Below, in pieces: positions 13,311-19,572 of a stretch of DNA of 19,572 nucleotides. Below the pieces are notes generated by a model. The model was not told the origin of the DNA. It did not search any database and worked only from the letters and a program-made list of their open reading frames with translations. Position numbers and translations under genes: made by a program. The DNA comes from Utricularia gibba (Eukaryota > Plantae > Magnoliophyta): the NCBI GenBank assembly GCA_002189035.1, contig NEEC01000353.1:1-19572 (forward strand), read 5' to 3'. The number at the start of each line of letters is the position of its first letter. Within the stretch, counting starts at the first letter, position 1.

Positions 13311-13377
13311 AAGGCTAAGATAAGGCGATAATTCGAGCTTTGATGCATCCTCGGACGAAGAAGCTTTCAACACGGAA

Positions 13378-13423
13378 GCTGACCGGCACGGAAAGGGGTT
13401 CGAAACGGTATGCCGGGCGCAGC
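13378..13423 (+). other. GC-rich stem-loop, monomer positions 287-332
   Basis: GCTG(287-290)/CAGC(329-332) and CCGGCA(292-297)/TGCCGG(320-325) give 10 Watson-Crick pairs, with a 1x3 internal loop and a 22-nt apical region that contains GGTTCGAAAC. Confidence 0.55.
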
Positions 13424-16400
13424 ATGACTCATCACGGTTTTCAGGATATGGCCGAAATACCGAACGGTGTGCGAGGCCACCATGAGGCTGCAGGTAGGGA
13501 CACACCCAGAGCTTGTTCAGAGATCGCCTCGAAAACCCATACTTCACGTCATCCAATAAAACAGATGTTTTGCAAGGCGAAAATCACAATCGCGTCGATT
13601 CTCGTGTTCCGAGTCGCATCGTCGCGAACGTGGTGGCCAATTTGTGGCACATCTGAAGGCTAAGATAAGGCGATAATTCGAGCTTTGATGCATCCTCGGA
13701 CGAAGAAGCTTTCAACACGGAAGCTGACCGGCACGGAAAGGGGTTCGAAACGGTATGCCGGGCGCAGCATGACTCATCACGGTTTTCAGGATATGGCCGA
13801 AATACCGAACGGTGTGCGAGGCCACCATGAGGCTGCAGGTAGGGACACACCCAGAGCTTGTTCAGAGATCGCCTCGAAAACCCATACTTCACGTCATCCA
13901 ATAAAACGCAGATGTTTTGCAACCGAAAATCACAATCGGTCGATTCTCGTTCCGAGTCGCATCGTCGCGAACGTGGTGGCCAATTTGTGGCACATCTGAA
14001 GGCTAAGATAAGGCGATAATTCGAGCTTTGATGCATCCTCGGACGAAGAAGCTTTCAACACGGAAGCTGACCGGCACGGAAAGGGGTTCGAAACGGTATG
14101 CCGGGCGCAGCATGACTCATCACGGTTTTCAGGATATGGCCGAAATACCGAACGGTGTGCGAGGCCACCATGAGGCTGCGGTAGGGACACACCCAGAGCT
14201 TGTTCAGAGATCGCCTCGAAAACCCATACTTCACGTCATCCAATAAAACGCAGATGTTTTGCAAGGCGAAAATCACAATCGCGTCGATTCTCGTGTTCCG
14301 AGTCGCATCGTCGCGAACGTGGTGGCCAATTTGTGGCACATCTGAAGGCTAAGATAAGGCGATAATTCGAGCTTTGATGCATCCTCGGACGAAGAAGCTT
14401 TCAACACGGAAGCTGACCGGCACGGAAAGGGGTTCGAAACGGTATGCCGGCGCAGCATGACTCATCACGGTTTTCAGGATATGGCCGAAATACCGAACGG
14501 TGTGCGAGGCCACCATGAGGCTGCAGGTAGGGACACACCCAGAGCTTGTTCAGAGATCGCCTCGAAAACCCATACTTCACGTCATCCAATAAAACGCACA
14601 TGTTTGCAACCCGAAAATCACAATCGGTCGATTCTCGTTTTCCGAGTCGCATCGTCGCGCGAACGTGGTGGCCAATTTGTGGCACATCTGAAGGCTAAGA
14701 TAAGGCGATAATTCGAGCTTTGATGCATCCTCGGACGAAGAAGCTTTCAACACGGAAGCTGACCGGCACGGAAAGGGGTTCGAAACGGTATGCCGGGCGC
14801 AGCATGACTCATCACGGTTTTCAGGATATGGCCGAAATACCGAACGGTGTGCGAGGCCACCATGAGGCTGCGGTAGGACACACCCAGAGCTTGTTCAGAG
14901 ATCGCCTCGAAAACCCATACTTCACGTCACCCAATAAAACGCAGATGTTTTGCAACCGAAAATCACAATCGCGTCGATTCTCGTGTTCCGAGTCGCATCG
15001 TCGCGAACGTGGTGGCCAATTTGTGGCACATCTGAAGGCTAAGATAAGGCGATAATTCGAGCTTTGATGCATCCTCGGACGAAGAAGCTTTCAACACGGA
15101 AAGCTGACCGGCACGGAAAGGGGTTCGAAACGGTATGCCGGGCGCAGCATGACTCATCACGGTTTCAGGATATGGCCGAAATACCGAACGGTGTGCGAGG
15201 CCACCATGAGGCTGCGTAGGGACACACCCAGAGCTTGTTCAGAGATCGCCTCGAAAACCCATACTTCACGTCATCCATAAAACGCAGATGTTTTGCAAGG
15301 CGAAAATCACAATCGCGTCGATTCTCGTGTTTCCGAGTCGCATCGTCGCGAACGTGGTGGCCAATTTGTGGCACATCTGAAGGCTAAGATAAGGCGATAA
15401 TTCGAGCTTTGATGCATCCTCGGACGAAGAAGCTTTCAACACGGAAGCTGACCGGCACGGAAAGGGGTTCGAAACGGTATGCCGGCGCAGCATGACTCAT
15501 CACGGTTTTCAGGATATGGCCGAAATACGAACGGTGTGCGAGGCCACCATGAGGCTGCGGGTAGGGACACACCAGAGCTTGTTCAGAGATCGCCTCGAAA
15601 ACCCATACTTCACGTCACCCAATAAAACGCAGATGTTTTGCAAGGCGAAAATCACAATCGCGTCGATTCTCGTGTTCCGAGTCGCATCGTCGCGAACGTG
15701 GTGGCCAATTTGTGGCACATCTGAAGGCTAAGATAAGGCGATAATTCGAGCTCTGATGCATCCTCGGACGAAGAAGCTTTCAACACGGAAGCTGACCGGC
15801 ACGGAAAGGGGTTCGAAACGGTATGCCGGGCGCAGCATGACTCATCATTTCAGGATATGGCCGAAATACCGAACGGTGTGCGAGGCCACCATGAGGCTGC
15901 GGGTAGGGACACACCCAGAGCTTGTTCAGAGATCGCCTCGAAAACCCATACTTCACGTCATCCAATAAAACGCAGATGTTTTGCAAGGCGAAAATCACAA
16001 TCGCGTCGATTCTCGTGTTCCGAGTCGCATCGTCGCGAACGTGGTGGCCAATTTGTGGCACATCTGAAGGCTAAGATAAGGCGATAATTCGAGCTTTGAT
16101 GCATCGGACGAAGAAGCTTTCAACACGGAAGCTGACCGGCACGGAAAGGGTTCGAAACGGTATGCCGGCGCAGCATGACTCATCACGGTTTTCAGGATAT
16201 GGCCGAAATACCGAACGGTGTGCGAGGCCACCATGAGGCTGCGGTAGGGACACACCCAGAGCTTGTTCAGAGATCGCCTCGAAAACCCATACTTCACGTC
16301 ATCCAATAAAACGCAGATGTTTTGCAAGGCGAAAATCACAATCGGTCGATTCTCGTGTTCCGAGTCGCATCGTCGCGAACGTGGTGGCCAATTTGTGGCA

Positions 16401-17135
16401 CATCTGAAGGCTAAGATAAGGCGATAATTCGAGCTTTGATGCATCCTCGGACGAAGAAGCTTTCAACACGGAAGCTGACCGGCACGGAAAGGGTTCGAAA
16501 CGGTATGCCGGGCGCAGCATGACTCATCACGGTTTTCAGGATATGGCCGAAATACCGAACGGTGTGCGAGGCCACCATGAGGCTGCGGGTAGGGACACAC
16601 CAGAGCTTGTTCAGAGATCGCCTCGAAAACCCATACTTCACGTCACCCAATAAAACGCAGATGTTTTGCAACCGAAAATCACAATCGGGTCGATTCTCGT
16701 TTTCCGAGTCGCATCGTCGCGAACGTGGTGGCCAATTTGTGGCACATCTGAAGGCTAAGATAAGGCGATAATTCGAGCTTGATGCATCCTCGGACGAAGA
16801 AGCTTTCAACACGGAAGCTGACCGGCACGGAAAGGGGTTCGAAACGGTATGCCGGGCGCAGCATGACTCATCACGGTTTGATATGGCCGAAATACCGAAC
16901 GGTGTGCGAGGCCACCATGAGGCTGCACGTAGGGACACACCCAGAGCTTGTTCAGAGATCGCCTCGAAAACCCATACTTCACGTCATCCAATAAAACGCA
17001 GATGTTTTGCAAGGCAAAATCACAATCGCGTCGATTCTCGTGTTCCGAGTCGCATCGTCGCGAACGTGGTGGCCAATTGTGGCACATCTAAAGGCTAAGA
17101 TAAGGCGATAATTCGAGCTTTGATGCATCCTCGGA

Positions 17136-17267
17136 CGAAGAAGCTTTCAACACGGAAGCTGACCGGCACGGAAAGGGGTTCGAAACGGTATGCCGGGCGC
17201 AGCGAAGAAGCTTTCAACACGGAAGCTGACCGGCACGGAAAGGGGTTCGAAACGGTATGCGGGCAGC
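17136..17267 (+). repeat. 67-nt internal tandem duplication within one monomer (monomer positions about 265-332 repeated)
   Basis: CGAAGAAGCTTTCAACACGGAAGCTGACCGGCACGGAAAGGGGTTCGAAACGGTATGCCGGGCGCAGC starts at 17136 and starts again at 17203. The second copy has small deletions. Confidence 0.9.
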
Positions 17268-19572
17268 GTGACTCATCACGGTTTCAGATATGAAATAACG
17301 GTGTGCGAGGCCACCATGAGGCTGCGGTAGGACACACCCAGAGCTTGTTCAGAGATCGCCTCGAAAACCCATACTTCACGTCATCCAATAAAACGCAGAT
17401 GTTTTGCAAGAAAATCACAATCGCGTCGATTCTCGTGTTCCGAGTCGCATCGTCGCGAACGTGGTGGCCAATTTGTGGCACATCTGAAGGCTAAGATAAG
17501 GCGATAATTCGAGCTCTGATGCATCCTCGGACGAAGAAGCTTTCAACACGGAAGCTGACCGGCACGGAAAGGGGTTCGAAACGGTATGCCGGGCGCAGCG
17601 TGACTCATCGATTTCAGATATCTACCGAACGGTGTGCGAGGCCACCATGAGGCTGCGGGTAGGAACACACCAGAGCTTGTTCAGAGATCGCTCGAAAACC
17701 CATACTTCAGATGTTTTGCAAGCGAAAATCACAATCGCGTCGATTCTCGCCGAGTCGCATCGTCGCGAACGTGGTGGCCAATTTGTGGCACATCTGAAGG
17801 CTAATATAAGGCGATAATTCGAGCTCTGATGCATCCTCGGACGAAGAAGCTTTCAACACGGAAGCTGACCGGCACGGAAAGGGGTTCGAAACGGTATGCC
17901 GGGCAGCTGACTCATCCAGGATATGGCCCGAACGGTGTGCGAGGCCACCATGAGGCTGCGGGTAGGGACACACCCAGAGCTTGTTCAGAGATCGCCTCGA
18001 AAACCCATACTTCACGTCATCCAATAAAACGCAGATGTTTTGCAAGGCGAAAATCACAATCGCGTCGATTCTCGTGTTCCGAGTCGCATCGTCGCGAACG
18101 TGGTGGCCAATTTGTGGCACATCTGAAGGCTAAGATAAGGCGATAATTCGAGCTTTGATGCATCCTCGGACGAAGAAGCTTTCAACACGGAAGCTGACAA
18201 AGGGGTTCGAAACGGTATGCTGAACTCATCACGGTTTTCAGGATATCGAAATACCGAACGGTGTGCGAGGCCACCATGAGGCTGTAGGGACACACCAGAG
18301 CTTGTTCAGAGATCGCCTCGAAAACCCATACTTCACGTCATCCAATAAAACGCAGATGTTTTGCAAGCAAAAATCACAATCGTCGATTCTCGTGTTCCGA
18401 GTCGCATCGTCGCGAACGTGGTGGCCAATTTGTGGCACATCTGAAGGCTAAGATAAGGCGATAATTCGAGCTTTGATGCATCCTCGGACGAAGAAGCTTT
18501 CAACACGGAAGCTGACCGGCACGGAAAGGGTTCGAAACGGTATGCCGGGCGCAGCTGACTCATCACGGTTTCAGGATATGGCCGAAATACCGAACGGTGT
18601 GCGAGGCCACCATGAGGCTGCGGTAGGGACACACCCAGAGCTTGTTCAGAGATCGCCTCGAAAACCCATACTTCACGTCACCAATAAAACGCAGATGTTT
18701 TGCAACGAAATCACAATCGCGTCGATTCTCGTTTCCGAGTCGCATCGTCGCGAACGTGGTGGCCAATTTGTGGCACATCTGAAGGCTAAGATAAGGCGAT
18801 AATTCGAGCTTTGATGCATCCTCGGACGAAGAAGCTTTCAACACGGAAGCTGACCGGCACGGAAAGGGGTTCGAAACGGTATGCCGGGCGCAGCTGACTC
18901 ATCACGGTTTTCAGGATATGGCCGAAATACCGAACGGTGTGCGAGGCCACCATGAGGCTGCGTAGGGACACACCCAGAGCTTGTTCAGAGATCGCCTCGA
19001 AAACCCATACTTCACGTCATCCAATAAAAACGCAATGTTCCGAAAATCACAATCGCGATTCTCGTTTCCGAGTCGCATCGTCGCGAACGTGGTGGCCAAT
19101 TTGTGGCACATCTGAAGGCTAAGATAAGGCGATAATTCGAGCTCTGATGCATCCTCGGACGAAGAAGCTTTCAACACGGAAGCTGACCGGCACGGAAAGG
19201 GGTTCGAAACGGTATGCCGGGCGCAGCTGACTCATCACGGTTTTCAGGATATGGCCGAAATACCGAACGGTGTGCGAGGCCACCATGAGGCTGCGGTAGG
19301 GACACACCCAGAGCTTGTTCAGAGATCGCCTCGAAAACCCATACTTCACGTCATCCAATAAAACGCAGATGTTTTGCAAGGCGAAAATCACAATCGCGTC
19401 GATTCTCGTGTTCCGAGTCGCATCGTCGCGAACGTGGTGGCCAATTTGTGGCACATCTGAAGGCTAAGATAAGGCGATAATTCGAGCTTTGATGCATCCT
19501 CGGACGAAGAAGCTTTCAACACGGAAGCTGACCGGCACGGAAAGGGGTTCGAAACGGTATGCCGGGCGCAGC

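Larger units (their letters stand above)
13092..13437 (+). repeat. Reference monomer, exactly 346 bp, matching the by-eye consensus (TTTTCAGGATATGGCCGAAATACC...GCAGCATGACTCATCACGG)
   Basis: The next monomer starts at 13438, 346 bp later. This copy has none of the indels seen in neighbouring copies. Manual count gives 181/346 G+C (52%) and about 31 CpG. Confidence 0.93.
1..19572. repeat. Tandem array (satellite-like or concatemer) of a 346-bp monomer, about 60 head-to-tail copies including truncated ones; extends to both window edges
   Basis: The monomer start TTTTCAGGATATGG recurs at 1, 342, 685, 1028, 1371, 1714, 2057 ... 13092, 13438, 13783, 14126, 14471, 14818 ... 18908, 19241. Spacing is mostly 340-349 bp outside the degenerate block. 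All copies are in one orientation and I found no substantial non-repeat sequence. The same peptide fragments recur with this period in the ORF track. Confidence 0.98.

Noticed and set aside
13392-13406. Kinetoplast minicircle conserved blocks (AAAGGGGTTC)
   Set aside because: It matches neither CSB-3 (GGGGTTGGTGTA) nor CSB-1 (AGGGGCGTTC), and minicircle conserved regions alternate with variable regions, which are absent here.
13394-13412. CENP-B box (TTCG...AAACGG)
   Set aside because: No TTCG on either strand fits the required spacing nTTCGnnnnAnnCGGGn.
13305-13415. Intact tRNA gene
   Set aside because: The T-stem around TTCGAAA does not pair, and there is no acceptor stem or anticodon arm. 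Kept only as a low-interest promoter-remnant finding.
13198-13431. Enhancer-like motif cluster (CACGTCA, two CCAAT, AATAAA, TGACTCA) and the many palindromic restriction sites
   Set aside because: Motifs of 5-7 nt are expected by chance in 346 bp and there is no associated gene. The restriction sites are not arranged as a polylinker, so there is no evidence of a synthetic construct.
13092-13437. Known pospiviroid-type viroid
   Set aside because: The PSTVd-type central conserved region (GGAUCCCCGGGGAAACC) is absent on both strands, and I recognise no viroid sequence. Only the size is similar.
13422-13440. Hammerhead ribozyme core (minus-strand GTGATGAG; plus-strand CTGAAGG, CTGACCG, variant CTGATGC)
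   Set aside because: None matches CUGANGA. GUGAUGA breaks the C3-G8 pair, and I found no GAAA and NUH arranged with stems I-III. Other ribozyme classes (twister, HDV-like, hairpin) were not evident by eye, but an Infernal search is needed to exclude them.
13432-13450. Spliced-leader RNA gene array (TCACGGTTTT resembles part of the Schistosoma SL as I recall it; SL genes are tandemly arrayed)
   Set aside because: The match is only 10 nt and the following ATG is not followed by a GT donor. No kinetoplastid, nematode or dinoflagellate leader is present, and the Sm-like site is about 150 nt from the only donor-like site.
8790-19070. Higher-order repeat of about 7 monomers, suggested by clusters of GCAACC-type copies
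   Set aside because: Cluster spacing is irregular (relative copies 0-2, 8-11, 15-18, 23, 29-30) and other markers (CTAAAG, CACCCAAT) do not share the period. Lag autocorrelation on accurate monomers would be needed.
11-19454. All ORFs in the six-frame track (60-222 aa), including 11986-12654 (222 aa) and 10253-10783 (176 aa)
   Set aside because: The consensus monomer has stops in all six frames, and the longest stop-free stretch across a junction is about 100 codons. Longer ORFs are frameshift mosaics of the same few peptide fragments and differ between copies. I recognise no protein motif, and no endless ORF is possible around a 346-nt circle.
1-19572. CRISPR array
   Set aside because: There are no unique spacers, the whole 346-bp unit repeats, and no cas gene is present.

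Overview
The whole 19,572-base window is one head-to-tail tandem array of a 346-bp unit (about 52% GC; about 31 CpG per unit, so no CpG depletion). I count about 60 monomer starts, all in the same orientation, with no flanking unique sequence, spacers, inverted copies or credible genes. The copy at 13092-13437 matches my by-eye consensus. Most copies differ from it by scattered 1-3 nt indels and a few recurrent substitutions. The block at about 4080-8370 contains truncated, stretched and out-of-phase monomer fragments. All listed ORFs are artefacts of the repeat, and the longer ones arise from indel frameshifts. The most notable property of the monomer is its self-complementarity: a 94-nt imperfect hairpin with 29 of 38 positions paired on one diagonal, plus further helices on or near the same dyad axis. 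Most recurrent variants fall in loops or at helix ends. Two origins fit: a eukaryotic satellite of dinucleosome length (2 x 173) with a fold-back structure, or a concatemer of a small structured circle in the viroid size range. Linked variants between copies and a faint 173-bp internal dimer favour a genomic satellite. I found no canonical ribozyme core or pospiviroid motif, and I cannot identify the organism or repeat family from the sequence alone.
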